A program made the position numbers and the translations under genes. Positions 9,474 through 20,995 of a DNA stretch of 64,000 nt are shown here, piece by piece (the stretch's first letter is position 1; each line of letters begins with the position of its first letter). Origin of the DNA: an uncultured Chloroflexia bacterium (GTDB lineage Bacteria; Chloroflexota; Limnocylindria; Limnocylindrales; CSP1-4). The notes under the pieces are model-generated. The model did no database searches. It was given only the letters and a program-made list of their open reading frames with translations, and was not told the DNA's origin. The stretch is taken from assembly GCA_963835845.1 (NCBI GenBank), contig CAWIGT010000001.1, positions 470,122-534,121 of the forward strand. Direction: 5' to 3'.

Positions 9474-9583
9474 GAGGCCGTCTTCGAGTCCTAGCCGAAC
9501 GGTCGCGTTGAAGTCTGGGGCGGGGCACTGCTAACCTTGCCCGGCCTGCGACGCCCGCGGGCCCCGCCTGACGGAGCAACATC

Positions 9584-10157
9584 GTGGACATCGTCGGAGC
9601 CATAAAGGGCACACCCGTCGTCGATCTCGGCCTCCTGATAGCTCTGGGCGTCTTCTTCTTCCTCGGAGTCATGCAGGGCGCGATCAGACGCCTCCTGGGC
9701 ATCGCCTCGATCCTCATCGCCTTTCTGATCGCCGGGAACATGCGCGATCCTCTCGGCGACTTCCTGGCGGACAACTGGCATCAGTTCGATCGGGACTACA
9801 ACAAGCTCCTGGCGTTCGTCCTGGTCTTCTGCGTCGTTGCAGTCGCAGACTACAGTCTTGATCCAGGGCTTCTACAAACGAACGGACATCTCCGCCGAGC
9901 ACCCAATCGTCGATGACGTGGTCGGTGGCCTGCTGGGCCTCCTTCAGGGCTTGTTCATCCTGCTGCTGGTTACGATCGTGGTTCAGTCCTTCACCCTGCC
10001 GCCCGCTCAGCCGGGAGATTTCACCCTGCTGCGCAACGCTCAGGACCTGCTGAGCCAGTCGCACCTATCCGGTTTCATGAAGGACGTGATCGCCCCGGTC
10101 TTCGTCCATATCCTGGGGCCACTCATCCCGTCCGACCTGGCAGCACTGTTTCCCTGA
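9584..10157 (+). pseudogene. CvpA-family membrane protein, one frameshift near 9845
   Basis: The N-terminal half (VDLGLLIALGVFFFLGVMQGAIRRLLGIASILIAFLIAG) and the C-terminal half (ORF 9837..10157) are both hydrophobic, in adjacent frames. Confidence 0.55.
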
Positions 10158-10192
10158 GCCGGGATCCGCTTCTGCGCCTCGCTAACGGCCAC

Positions 10193-10921
10193 ATGAACGA
10201 CCTTCCTCCTGGAGGACACTCCTACTTTCCACGCGAGCTGCTCGGCGCCGACGCCGAAGCGGCCGCCCGGCACCTGTTGGGGGCGCGCCTCGTGCGTGGC
10301 AATGGTCCGGAGGCGCGCGTCGGCCGTATTGTCGAAGTGGAGGCCTACGCCGGGCCCAAAGATCTCGCCTCCCACGCCCGATTTGGCCGGACGAAGCGCA
10401 ACCTGGTGATGTTCGGCCGCCCTGGAGTCGCCTACGTGTACTTTGTATACGGCATGTACAACTGTCTGAACGTCGTCACCGAGGCCGAAGGCCGCGCATC
10501 CGCGCTGCTGGTGCGTGCCGTCGCGCCGGTCTCAGGGGTCGCGGGAATGCGCGCCGCCAGGCTGTCCTGGGCCGGCGACCGCGCCGCACGTCGCCAGACG
10601 CCCTCGGCGGAGGCATGGAGATCGATCCGTTCGCGGATCGAGGCTATTCCGGAGGCGCGACTCGCGTCGGGACCCGGTCTCGTCTGTGCCGCGTTCTCGA
10701 TCGACCGCCGGGACGACGGTCTCGACCTGTGCGATCCCACGGCGGACCTGCGACTGGAGCCGGCGAGCGTCGGTGACGAACCTCTCCCCGTAGCCACGGG
10801 GCCGCGAGTGGGTATCGGCTATGCGGCGGAGCCGTGGCTCAGCCGTCCCCTGCGGTTCTTCGTCCCCGGCCATCCGTCCGTCTCGACCCCTGCGTCCTCG
10901 GGCCGTAAGGTGATGGCATGA
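10193..10921 (+). CDS. mpg: DNA-3-methyladenine glycosylase (Mpg/AAG family)
   Basis: GRIVEVEAYAGPKDLASHA...GVAYVYFVYGMYNCLNVV is the Mpg family core. Confidence 0.8.
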   Translation: MNDLPPGGHSYFPRELLGADAEAAARHLLGARLVRGNGPEARVGRIVEVEAYAGPKDLASHARFGRTKRNLVMFGRPGVAYVYFVYGMYNCLNVVTEAEGRASALLVRAVAPVSGVAGMRAARLSWAGDRAARRQTPSAEAWRSIRSRIEAIPEARLASGPGLVCAAFSIDRRDDGLDLCDPTADLRLEPASVGDEPLPVATGPRVGIGYAAEPWLSRPLRFFVPGHPSVSTPASSGRKVMA

Positions 10922-13394
10922 CCGACTCGATCGACCCTCGCCGTCCCAGGGAAAGTAGTGCCGCGGCAACCCTGCCGGCCCGGCCGGGCGGCCTAGATCG
11001 AAGGTCGCTGGCCTTGCTCGAATATCCGCTCGTCCGCGCCCGACTCGCGGCCGCCACGGGCTTTCCGCCGGGCCGGCGTCTCGCCGAGACCCTGGAGCCG
11101 TCCATCGACCGCGTGATCGTCGCAACGTGGCCTCGATGAGACCTCCGAAGCGCGGTCGTTTGCCTCGTCGCATCCCGGCGCCGGAATCGGCGGCAGCAAG
11201 GACATCGGGCCGTGGATCGAGCGAGCGGCCCGTGGTGGCCGGCTGGATCCCGCCCACTTCCTCGACATCGCGGTCACGCTGGAGGCGGCGTCGCGGCTCG
11301 GCGATGCCCTGAGCGGCGATCGGCGGCCGTTGCTGCGCGACCTCGCTCGGGAGATCCACTCGTTGCCGAGCCTCCGCAGCACGCTGCAGCGCAGCTTCGA
11401 TCCAACGGGCGAGCTTCTGGACACGGCTTCGCCGCGGCTGGGCGGCCTGAGGCGGGCCGTCCGGATCGCCTACGAGCGGCTTCGGTCGAGGCTCGAGCAA
11501 TTCATCCACTCCGGCGAGCTGGCCGGATCGCTGCAGGAGCCGATCGTCACCTTGCGCGGCGGCCGGTACGTGATCCCGATCCGGGCCGACGCCCGCTCCC
11601 GGGTCAAGGGCATCGTCCACGACGCCTCGGGCAGCGGCCAGACACTCTTCGTCGAGCCGATCGTGGCCGTGGAGATGGGCAACGCCTGGCGTGAGGCCCA
11701 GCTGGCCGAGCAGGCCGAGATCGAGCGCATCCTGGACGAGCTGTCGATGGTCGTGGCGGGCCAGGCGCCCGCCCTGCGCGAGACGCTCGACGCCCTGGCC
11801 AGGTTCGACTTCTGGTCTGCCAAGGCGCGCCTGGCCGACGAGATGGACGCCATTCCCGCTCGAGATCGCCGACCGGCCGGAGATCGTGCTGCTCGGCGCG
11901 CGGCATCCGGGGCTTTCAGGCCACGTCGTCCCGGTCGACATTCGCCTCGGCGGCGACTACTCGGCCCTTCTGATCACCGGTCCAAACACCGGCGGCAAGA
12001 CCGTCGCACTCAGGACGCTGGGGCTGCTGAGCCTGATGCACCAGTCGGGCCTCCACGTTCCCGCCGACGCCGGAACGCAGCTGCCCGTGCTCGAGGACAT
12101 CTACGCCGACATCGGCGATGAGCAGTCCGTGGCCCAGTCGCTGTCCACGTTCAGCGGTCACATGCGCTCCATCGTCCGGATCGTCGAGTCGGCGGGCCCG
12201 AACAGACTGATCCTGCTCGACGAGCTCGGCGCGGGCACTGATCCGACCGAAGGCTCCGCGCTGGCGCAGGCTCTCCTGGACCACTTCATCCGGTCGGGCG
12301 CTCTGGTCGCCGCGACGACGCACTACGCCGAGTTGAAGTTGTATGCCCACACCACACCGCAGGCCCGGAATGCCTCGGTCGAGTTCGACGTGGACTCGTT
12401 GCGGCCCACATACAAGCTCACGATCGGACTCCCGGGTCAGAGTCAGGCATTCGCCATCGCGGAGCGCCTGGGCTTGCCGGGCCCGATCGTCGACGACGCC
12501 CGTTCGCGGCTGACCGACGAGCAGCAGGCGTTCGAGGAGACGCTGGCCTCGATCCGGGCGACGCAGCTCCAGACCACCGACGCGCTGGCCGAGGCGAGGG
12601 TCGCCGAGGAGCGGGCCAGGGCCTCGCTGGCGTTTGCCGACGATGAGCGGCGCAGAGCAAAACACGAGCGCGATGAGACGGTCAAGGTGGCTCGCGACGA
12701 AGCCGAGCGGCTGATCGCCGATGTTCGAGCCGAAGTGCGAGGCATCCGACGTCGACTCGAGCGTGAGACGGTGACCCAGAAGAGCCTCGACGAGGACCTG
12801 GGGCGGGCCAATGCCCAGCTGGACCGCCTGCCCGCCTTCGCTCCGGAGCCCGAGCGAGTCGCTCGCCCCACTTCGCTCGAGCCGATTTCGTGGCGAGTGG
12901 GTATGCGGGCCCGGACTCGCACGGGCGGCGCCGAGGGCCGGGTGGCCGCGCTCGACAGGGGCGGCAAGCGGGCGACTCTCGAGGCCGGCGGTCTGCGGAT
13001 CACGGTTCCGGTCGACGATCTCGAGCCGGCGATCGGCGGCGACGTGGACGCTCAGGAGGCCGGGCGGATCGTCGGGGCGTCGCGGCTCGGCTCGGGTGTC
13101 GGGCTGTCGACTTCGATGTCGGCGTCGCGACTTCAGCTCGATCGCGCTCGGACCGTGTCGTCGTCGCTGGACCTCCGCGGTGCCACCGTGCAGGAGGCGC
13201 TGGAGGTGCTGGACCGCTACCTGGACGACGCCTCGCTCGCGGGACTGGACCAGGTGACCGTCATCCACGGCATGGGCACCGGCGCGCTGCGCGACGCGGT
13301 TCGAGAGCACGCGGGCGCCCATCCGCTGGTTCGCTCGTGGCGGGCGGGCGGCAGGGGCGAGGGCGGCGACGGAGCGACGATCGTCACGCTCTAA
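10918..13394 (+). pseudogene. mutS2: Endonuclease MutS2 (Smr domain), two frameshifts (~11120, ~11860)
   Basis: Walker A ITGPNTGGKTVALRTLGL, LDELGAGTDPTEG, a coiled-coil region and C-terminal Smr (LDLRGATVQEALEVLDRYLD...VTVIHGMGTGALR). The N-terminal parts lie in two other frames. The start overlaps the mpg stop (ATGA). Confidence 0.85.
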
Positions 13395-13498
13395 TGCCTC
13401 GTCCGGCCGGTGCCTCGCCGGCCGGCGGCGGCGCCGAACCGGCAGGAGCACGCCGCGGAGTGCGACAATCGGCCGGGGAAGCCGCCCGTGAGCGGCAA

Positions 13499-14635
13499 AT
13501 GTCGCTGGAGGAATGTTTGAGCCCGGCCTTGACCTCGGCGACTCGGATCGACCTTTCTGGTGGTCTGAGCATCGTGAACGCGACGCATTGGGAACCCTCG
13601 GCCTGGGACGATCTGGCCGTCCGAAGCCCCATGGGAGAGGCTTTCCAGTCTCACGCCTGGGGCGAGCTCAAGCGCGGACTCGGTTGGACGGCCCTCCGAT
13701 ACGTCATCGAGCTGGCCGGGTCGCCGGTCGCGGCCGTGTCCATCCAGGAACGGCCGATCGTGAGTCGGCGGGCCCGTGGGCTGGCTCGTTACCGGATCCA
13801 TTACGCGCCCAGGGGCCCGATACTGCTCAGTCGGGAACCGCACGCCATCACGGCCGCCCTGACCGGACTGCGGCACATCGCCCGCGATCGCCATTCGGTG
13901 ACCCTGACCATCGATCCGGGCTGGGAGGAGGGGAGCGAGCCCGCCGGCCTTCTGGAGCGCGCCGGCTTCCGAGTGGCGGCCAGAGACGTCCAGGTGTCGA
14001 GAACCGCAATGATCGTGCCTCTGGAGCCGTCTGAGGCTGCCCAGCGGCAACTTCTGGGCCACACCACCGCAGCCGACATCAACCGCGCAATCTCGCTCGG
14101 CGTCTCAACGGAACAGATCGACATGGACGACGAAGCGGCGCGAGAACAGGCTCTCGCGGACTTCTACGAGATGCACGCCGTCACCGGCAAACGCGAGGGC
14201 TTCATCGTCCGAGACCGGGACTACGAGCTCGATCAGTGGCGCCGGCTAGCGGCGTCGGGTGTGGCAAGCCTGTGGTTCGCGGGTCTCGACGGGCGCGATA
14301 CGGGCGCTCTTCTCTTGCGCGGCGGCAAGACGCTCGTCTACTACGCGGCCGGATCACGGGACGGCGCGGACATGCGCCGGACCCGCGCCAATCACCTGCT
14401 GCAGTGGCGGATCGTCCGCTGGGCGGCCGACAGCGGCTTCGCCGGCTACGACATGGGAGGGGTCGATACGCAGTCCGCGCCCGGCGTACCGCAGGACGAG
14501 TCGCACCCGCTGTGGAACCTGTACTTGTTCAAGCGCCGCTTCGGTGGACGGCCGGTTGTCCGTATCCACGCTCACGAGTACGCGCCGAGCGCGCTGCTGG
14601 GTACGGCGTGGCGACTGGCGCGGCGGTTTCGATGA
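13499..14635 (+). CDS. FemAB-family peptidoglycan bridge-formation (aminoacyl-tRNA-dependent) transferase
   Basis: 378 aa from ATG 13499. FemAB/FemX hallmarks include HAWGELKRGLGW, YYAAGS and LWNLYLFKRRFGG. The upstream part of ORF 12890..14635 overlaps mutS2 and is not coding. Confidence 0.7.
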   Translation: MSLEECLSPALTSATRIDLSGGLSIVNATHWEPSAWDDLAVRSPMGEAFQSHAWGELKRGLGWTALRYVIELAGSPVAAVSIQERPIVSRRARGLARYRIHYAPRGPILLSREPHAITAALTGLRHIARDRHSVTLTIDPGWEEGSEPAGLLERAGFRVAARDVQVSRTAMIVPLEPSEAAQRQLLGHTTAADINRAISLGVSTEQIDMDDEAAREQALADFYEMHAVTGKREGFIVRDRDYELDQWRRLAASGVASLWFAGLDGRDTGALLLRGGKTLVYYAAGSRDGADMRRTRANHLLQWRIVRWAADSGFAGYDMGGVDTQSAPGVPQDESHPLWNLYLFKRRFGGRPVVRIHAHEYAPSALLGTAWRLARRFR

Positions 14636-16641
14636 GCGACGACAAGCTGCAGGGCAAATCGCCCCGAACGGGGAGATGGCAGCCGCGGGTCACTCCGCCG
14701 GCCGCCGAGCCCGGGCGCCAGGAGGAGCCGGCGCCGGGGGCCAAGCCCGAGTTGCCGGCGGAGCCCGCGGTTCGATCTGCGCCCTCGCCCTCACCGGGCT
14801 CGCCGACACCCGCGCCCGCCCGGGCGACACCCACGGCCAAACGTACCTTCCCGCCGTTCGCCGCCTACGGCCCGCCCGACGCGCCGCGGTCGCGCCCCCG
14901 TCGCGAAGAGGAAGAGTACGTACCCTTCGTGCCGAGTGTCCCGCTCAAGTTGAGCGGACGCGCGCCGTTTACCGCTCCGCCGGACGTGGGCGGTGACCTG
15001 GTTCTGACCGCCGATAACGCCTCGACGGATCTGGCCACGAGGTCCATGGGGCGGTTGGGGGGCCGGGCCATAGCCCTCGCAGGTCTCGTGGTCGTCCTGG
15101 GCGTGGTTCTGTCACGGGTCCTGGGCTGGGGGCGCTCGGCCGTCTTCGCCGCCGAATTCGGGAGCAGCCGCGAACTGGACGCGTTCTTCTCGGCATTTCG
15201 CATCCCGGACACGCTCTTCCAGCTGGTCGCCGCCGGCGCCATCGGCTCGGCTCTCGTCCCGGTCGCGTCCGAACTGATCGCCCGTGGCGAGGACGATCGT
15301 GCTCGCCGGTTGATTTCGACCATGGCCAACCTGATGGTCCTGATCGTGGCTCCGCTGGCCGCCCTGGCCTGGTTGCTCGCGCCTCTTCTCGTCCCGATCG
15401 TGACGCCGGGGTTCAACGCCCACGACACCGCCACGACCCTCGAACTCACCAGGCTGATGCTCTTCTCCCCGGTCCTGCTCGCGGTTGGGGCGGTGATGGC
15501 CGCGGGCCTCAACTCGCTCGGCCTGTTCGGGGCGCCGGCGCTGGCACCTAACGTGTACAACCTGATCATCATCGCCGCCGCAATTCTCTTGACTCCGGCC
15601 CTGGGCATCTCGGCGCTGGCGGTGGGCGTGGTCGCGGGTGCGGCGGGCCACGTTCTCACCCAGGCGCTCCAGTTCCGGTCGAACCGTCTCTACGAACCAG
15701 TGCTGGATTTCCACGACCCGGCGGTCCGAGAGACCCTGCTGCTCATGGGCCCGCGAGCGCTCGGGCTGGGCGCGACGCAACTCGTGTTCCTGGTCTACAC
15801 GATGTTCACGTCCACCCTGCCCGCCGGCGATGTGACGAGCTTCAACCTCACCTTCACCGCTCTCCAGATCCCAGTCGGGCTGATCGGCGTGCCACTGGGC
15901 ATCGTGCTGCTGCCGCCGCTGTCGCAGGCGTTCGCGCTCGGTCAGAGCGACCGGTTCAGAAGCCTCGTGGATCAGTCTCTGCGGCTGCTCCTGTTCGTCG
16001 TCGTGCTGGTGACCGGGCTGATGGTGGCCCTCGCCGCGCCCACGATCACCCTGCTCTACCAGTACGGCAAGATCGACGCGGCCGCCGCGGCCGCCATGGT
16101 ACCGGTCTACCTGGTGTTCCTGGTCGGTCTGGTGGCCCACGTGTTGATCGCCCTGCTCGCTCCGATCTTCTACGCCGGCAAGGACACCAGAACGCCCGTT
16201 GCCGCCGCCCTGGTGGCCGTGGCCGTCGACATCGGCGCGGCGCTGGTGCTGTTCCCGTTCTTCCAGTTGCAGGGGCTCGCCCTTGCCATCGGTCTGGGGG
16301 CGTGGATCGAGGTGCTCATGCTCGTGACGCGCCTCGAGCAGCACGTCGGGTTCGATTTGCGGCCGCTCTTGCGGCACTCGGTTTCGTTCGCCGGGGGAGC
16401 TATCGTGGCCGCCGCCGGAGCCTTCCTCACGGCCAGGGTCGTGGAGTTGCACTCGGCCGGAACCGCGTCGTTGGCCGGGCGGCTCGAGATGCTGGTGCCC
16501 GCCGGGTTGGTCGGGCTGGCCCTGTACGCGCTCTGGGCGCGAATCTTCCGACTGCCGGAGCTGCAGGCCGGCCTGGACCTCGCCCGAACCCTCGTCGGAA
16601 CCAGGGATTCGAAGGGCGCGACCGAGCTACCGGATAGCTAG
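14632..16641 (+). CDS. murJ: Lipid II flippase MurJ with ~130-aa Pro-rich N-terminal extension
   Basis: ATG 14632 overlaps the femAB-like stop (ATGA). MurJ core is SRVLGWGRSAVFAAEFGSSRELDAFFSAFRIPDTLFQL..., with ~14 TM helices. Confidence 0.85.
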   Translation: MSDDKLQGKSPRTGRWQPRVTPPAAEPGRQEEPAPGAKPELPAEPAVRSAPSPSPGSPTPAPARATPTAKRTFPPFAAYGPPDAPRSRPRREEEEYVPFVPSVPLKLSGRAPFTAPPDVGGDLVLTADNASTDLATRSMGRLGGRAIALAGLVVVLGVVLSRVLGWGRSAVFAAEFGSSRELDAFFSAFRIPDTLFQLVAAGAIGSALVPVASELIARGEDDRARRLISTMANLMVLIVAPLAALAWLLAPLLVPIVTPGFNAHDTATTLELTRLMLFSPVLLAVGAVMAAGLNSLGLFGAPALAPNVYNLIIIAAAILLTPALGISALAVGVVAGAAGHVLTQALQFRSNRLYEPVLDFHDPAVRETLLLMGPRALGLGATQLVFLVYTMFTSTLPAGDVTSFNLTFTALQIPVGLIGVPLGIVLLPPLSQAFALGQSDRFRSLVDQSLRLLLFVVVLVTGLMVALAAPTITLLYQYGKIDAAAAAAMVPVYLVFLVGLVAHVLIALLAPIFYAGKDTRTPVAAALVAVAVDIGAALVLFPFFQLQGLALAIGLGAWIEVLMLVTRLEQHVGFDLRPLLRHSVSFAGGAIVAAAGAFLTARVVELHSAGTASLAGRLEMLVPAGLVGLALYALWARIFRLPELQAGLDLARTLVGTRDSKGATELPDS

Positions 16642-16712
16642 CAGGCGCCGGGCGGCGGGCGCAGCCGAACGTCTGACGGACTCGCCACCGCTCTTCCCCG
16701 GAACCAGGCCGG

Positions 16713-19560
16713 CTAGTGAGATCGGCGGCGGCGCGACAACGGAATGAGTGGCAGGGTCAGCGGCAGTGCAGCCGACGGAGCCGGGGACGGCGGCTCGGTG
16801 GGCGTGGGCGCGGCGGTGGGCTTGGGAGTGGGAGCAGCCGTCGGTTTCGGAGTCGGGGCCGGGGTGGCCGTTGGTTCCGGAGTGGGGGTGGGTACCGGCG
16901 TCGGCGTGGCGCTCGGCGAAGGCGGGGGCGTGCCGGTGTTCTGGGTGCAGTAGGTTGTCGGCGGGAATGGGGCTCCCCACGTCTTCCCGAACGGGGTCCA
17001 GAAGCCCGTCTCGTAGAAATACATGGTGGCCCCGTTGTTGGGACCGCCTCTCACCCCAACGCCTTGCTTGGCTCGACTGATCCATATCTGGTCGAATTGC
17101 TGCCAGGTGGGATTGTTGGAATCGACCTGACTCAAGTCCAGGAAGCCCTTGGTGTCTTTGGTGCCGGGGCAGTCATACGTCCACAGCGTGTTGGTAACCG
17201 TGTCCACGTCGACTGACGTCTTCGTGTTATCGACCTGAGTAGGCACCGTGCCGTCGACGAAGACCTCGCGGACCGTCTGCGTCGTGTACGGGCCGGGCAG
17301 CATGCCGCTGTTGGCATCGACGGCCGCCCAGGTCACGCCGTCGGGCTGCTTGAAGTCGACCACGGGCGTGCCGGTGGTCACCTCTTGCATGAAGGCATGC
17401 CAGATTGGCGCAGCCATCTCGAGCGACAAGACGCTGTGACCGGGGGCGTGGTCGCTGTTGCCGGCCCAGACGCCCGCGACGATCGCCGGAGCAGTGGGAT
17501 CGGTCGGAGGCGCGACGTAGCCCAGGGCGAAGAGGTCTTCGGTCTGATCGCTCGTGCCGGTCTTGAGAGTCGCCGGTCGCCGCGTGTTGCCGGACATGAT
17601 CTTGTACTGGCTCCACCAGTTGTTCTGGGCCGGGTCCGTGTTGCCGGCCAGCATGTTCGTCATGACGTACGAAGCCTGGGGAGTGGACGGATGAGTGGTG
17701 GTCGGCGCCTGCTGTGAGGCCGACCAGGCAACGTTGCCGCTTGGGTCGGTGATGGAGAGCAGCATGTTCCGCTGGACCAGCGCACCGCCGTCGGCGATGG
17801 CGCCGTACGCCGACGTCAGATCTGCCGGATGCACTTCGACCGTACCGATGCCGATTGAGACCCCTGGATTGGTTCCGGCGGGGAACTGCAAGCCGAAGTC
17901 CTGCGCGCGCTGCATCACTCGCTGAACGCCGGTGATGGAAGCGGCCTTGACTGCCGGGATGTTGAGCGAGTACTGGATCGCCTCGCGCATTCGCACTGGG
18001 CCGCGCTCATAGCCGTCGGCGTCGTGAGGTGTGTAGCCGCCGCCGAAGTCCGTGGCCACGTCCATGAACATGCTGGCGGCCGTCATGGAGCCGTCCTGGA
18101 GCCCGATCAGGTAATTGATCGGCTTGAAGGACGAACCGGGCTGCCGGCCGATCCCCGACGACAGTACGTCGTATTGGGGGTCGAATAGATCCTGTCCTGG
18201 CTTGGCCGGATCCTTGATCGTAGCGGCATAGAAGTCGGCGCTCCCGGCGTACGCCAGAACCTGGCCGCTGCGGTAGTCCAGCGCGATCAGGGCGCTGTCG
18301 TGAATGCCGCCGGTTCGCAGTCCCGTGCTGCTGGTGGAACTCGGCCCGATGATGCGCGTGTAGTCGTAGGCGTCGCTCTTGGCCGTGATGCCGAGGGCGG
18401 CCAGATAGCTGATGTCGTCTGCGAGTGTCGGCTGGTTGGGTCCGAAGGTGTAGGCCTTGAGCCACTTCTCCGCCGACATCTGCATGTTGTACGTCCAGAG
18501 TAGTGATGACTTTGTAGCCGCCGATATCGACCTTCTCGCAATCGGCCGGATCCGTGCCTGCCCCGCAGAACAGGTCTGCGAGTTGCTGTCGGACCATCAG
18601 GTCGAATTGCGGGGCGATCATCTTGGGCTGCTGTGCCGGGTGGAGAATCACGGCCTCGTTTTCTGCCGCCACCAGGGCCGCGTCCGTGTACTTGCCCCTC
18701 AACAGGCCGTCCTGGTTGTCGCGCCGCATCTCTTCGAGGATCGTGTTGCGCCGCAGAACGATGGGGGAGGACGCGGGCACGATGATCGTGCCGTCGTCCA
18801 GCTCAGTCGAGTTCGCCACGAGGTCGTACGCCGACGGCGCCTGCAGTATCCCCGCCAGGATCGCGGCCTGAGCCAGGGTCAGCTTGCTCAGGTCGGTCAC
18901 GCCGAAGTAGCCCTGGGCTGCCGCAGCGATGCCGTAGCTCTGATTCCCGTAGTAGTTGAGGTTCAGGTAGGCGGTGATGATCTCCTGCTTGCCGGCGTCG
19001 CCGGGGAGCTCCTGGGTCAAGCGGACCGACTGGATGATCTCCTTGATCTTCCGATCGACCGTGCTTGTGGTGGGTGGCAGGAGTTGCTGTCTGACCAGCT
19101 GCTGGGTGATCGTGGAGGCGCCTCGAGGACGACCGGAGACGGCATCCCGGAGGGCCGATAGGATGGCGGCCGGGTCGAAGCCGGTATTCGACCAGAACGT
19201 CTTGTCCTCGGTGCTCGTGAGGGTATCGAGAACGGTGTTGGGAATGTCGGAGAACTGCAGGACGCGCCGGTTCTCGGAACCGAAGGCAGCCAGCTGGTAC
19301 TTGCCGGTGCGGTCGTAGAGGACCGTTTGCTGGTTATACGGGATGCTCTCGAGCTTGATCTTGGGATCCTCGAGATCCTTGTTGTAGGCGGAGTACACCT
19401 CGACCGCGCCGGCGAAGGCGACCAGGCTCAGGGCAAAGAACGTCCCCAGCAAGAAGAGAGGAAGTACGGCTGCGACACCACGACCGGCGCCACCACCGGG
19501 GCGACGTGAGCCCGAGCGATTGCGGCGACGGCGTTCGCGACGGGCGAGACTGGTCTGCAT
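16713..19560 (-). pseudogene. Class A penicillin-binding protein (glycosyltransferase + transpeptidase), one frameshift near 18490
   Basis: N-terminal TM helix. GT51 motifs EDKTFWSNTGFD and RGASTITQQL lie in ORF 18007..19818. Transpeptidase motifs SSFKP and KTGTS lie in ORF 16713..18485. C-terminal extra domain and PT-rich tail. Confidence 0.85.
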
Positions 19561-19669
19561 ATCGGCCTGCAAGATAGCATAGGTGGACACGCGGGCTTTC
19601 CACCCCGACCCGCCGGGGGCTTCGACGGGCAGGCGCCTCCGGGCGTGACGACAAGGAGCGATTGACGGC

Positions 19670-20995
19670 ATGACGCTTGCAGGCGAGACCGGCGGGGCGG
19701 ACCGCGCGACCACTTCTACCGGACTCCCCGGCCTGCTGGACGAACTGCGCTGGCGCGGAATGCTGCACCAGGCCAGCAGCGGACTTCCGGAGAGACTCGC
19801 CGGCGGCGCGCCGATCAAGGGCTACGTCGGCTTCGACCCCACGGGGCCCTCGCTTCACATCGGCAGCCTCGTGCCGATCTTCGGGCTGATCCACCTGCAA
19901 CGCGCGGGCGGCACGCCGGTGGCGGTCCTGGGCGGTGGCACGGCCATGATCGGCGACCCGTCGGGGCGATCCGCCGAACGATTGCTGCTCAGCCGGCCCA
20001 CGGTCGAGGAGAACATCGTCGGCATCCAGAATCAGCTGAGCCGCTTCCTCGATTTCGACGGCCCGAACGGCGCCGAAGTCGTGGACAACTACGAGTGGCT
20101 CAGTTCGTACTCGCTGATAAGGTTCCTGCGCGACATCGGCAAGCATCTGACGGTGCCGTACATGCTGGCCAAGGATTCGGTCCAGATTCGACTGGAAGCC
20201 GGGCTCAGCTTCACTGAATTCAGCTACATGCTCCTTCAGGCGGCAGACTTCCTGCACCTGTACCGCGCCGGCGGCGTGGAGATGCAGATGGGCGGCGCCG
20301 ACCAATGGGGCAACATGACCGCCGGGCTGGAGCTGATCCGCAAGGAATTCGGAGCGGGCGACGGCCAGGATCTGGCTTACGCCCTCAGCTATCCGCTTCT
20401 CACGACCGAAAGCGGCGCGAAGTACGGCAAGACCGCAGCCGGCACGAGCGTCTGGCTCGATGCCGCCAGGACGAGCCCGTTCCAGTTCTACCAGTACTGG
20501 CTCGACGCCGACGATCTCGACGTCGGCAAGTACCTGCGCACGTTCACGCTTTTCGACCGTCCCAAAATCGAGGAGCTGGAAGCCCGGCAATCGGCTCATC
20601 CAGAGACGAGAGTCGCCCAGAAGGCGCTGGGACTCGACATCACGACGCGAGTCCACGGGCACGAAGCCGCGCGAAATGCCGTTCGACTCAGCGAGGCGGC
20701 ATTCTCGAAGGAACCGATCCGCGATCCCGCGGTACTCGCCGGACTCTTCGAGGCGATCGACCACTTCGACTACACGGCCGAGGACGTCGCGGGAGGCGCC
20801 TTGCGACTGGCGATCGCCAGCGGCCTGTACGCCTCCAACGGGGACGCGCGCCGGGCCATCAGCCAGGGCGGCCTGTCGATCAACGACGAGCGCGTGAAGG
20901 CATCCGACGACGTAGTCCCGGCCGCGATCGAGGGTCGCTATCTCGTCTTGCGAGCCGGCAAGAAGAGCGTCCGAATCGGGCGGTTGAAGAGCTAG
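19670..20995 (+). CDS. tyrS: Tyrosyl-tRNA synthetase
   Basis: GFDPTGPSLHIGSL (HIGH), KYGKTAAG (KMSKS-like) and a C-terminal S4-like domain. Intact. Confidence 0.9.
   Translation: MTLAGETGGADRATTSTGLPGLLDELRWRGMLHQASSGLPERLAGGAPIKGYVGFDPTGPSLHIGSLVPIFGLIHLQRAGGTPVAVLGGGTAMIGDPSGRSAERLLLSRPTVEENIVGIQNQLSRFLDFDGPNGAEVVDNYEWLSSYSLIRFLRDIGKHLTVPYMLAKDSVQIRLEAGLSFTEFSYMLLQAADFLHLYRAGGVEMQMGGADQWGNMTAGLELIRKEFGAGDGQDLAYALSYPLLTTESGAKYGKTAAGTSVWLDAARTSPFQFYQYWLDADDLDVGKYLRTFTLFDRPKIEELEARQSAHPETRVAQKALGLDITTRVHGHEAARNAVRLSEAAFSKEPIRDPAVLAGLFEAIDHFDYTAEDVAGGALRLAIASGLYASNGDARRAISQGGLSINDERVKASDDVVPAAIEGRYLVLRAGKKSVRIGRLKS

Noticed and set aside
12890-14635. 581-aa and 801-aa ORFs (12890..14635, 14236..16641) suggesting much longer FemAB-like and MurJ proteins
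   Set aside because: Their upstream parts overlap the clearly coding mutS2 and femAB-like genes in other frames and are Arg/Gly-rich. Homology starts at ATG 13499 and ATG 14632 respectively.
16713-16935. Periodic GC-rich repeat DNA, and a possible LPXTG-like sorting signal (LPLTLPLIPLSRRRRSH) at the PBP C-terminus
   Set aside because: The periodicity is the PT/PTPxP linker of the PBP, a coding low-complexity region, not a CRISPR or satellite. The tail lacks the Gly of LPXTG, and its hydrophobic stretch (~10 aa) is too short for a sortase or exosortase signal.
19561-19669. Possible third T-box upstream of tyrS
   Set aside because: Only 109 nt separate tyrS from the divergent PBP start. There is no GGUGGNACCGCG core and no terminator hairpin.
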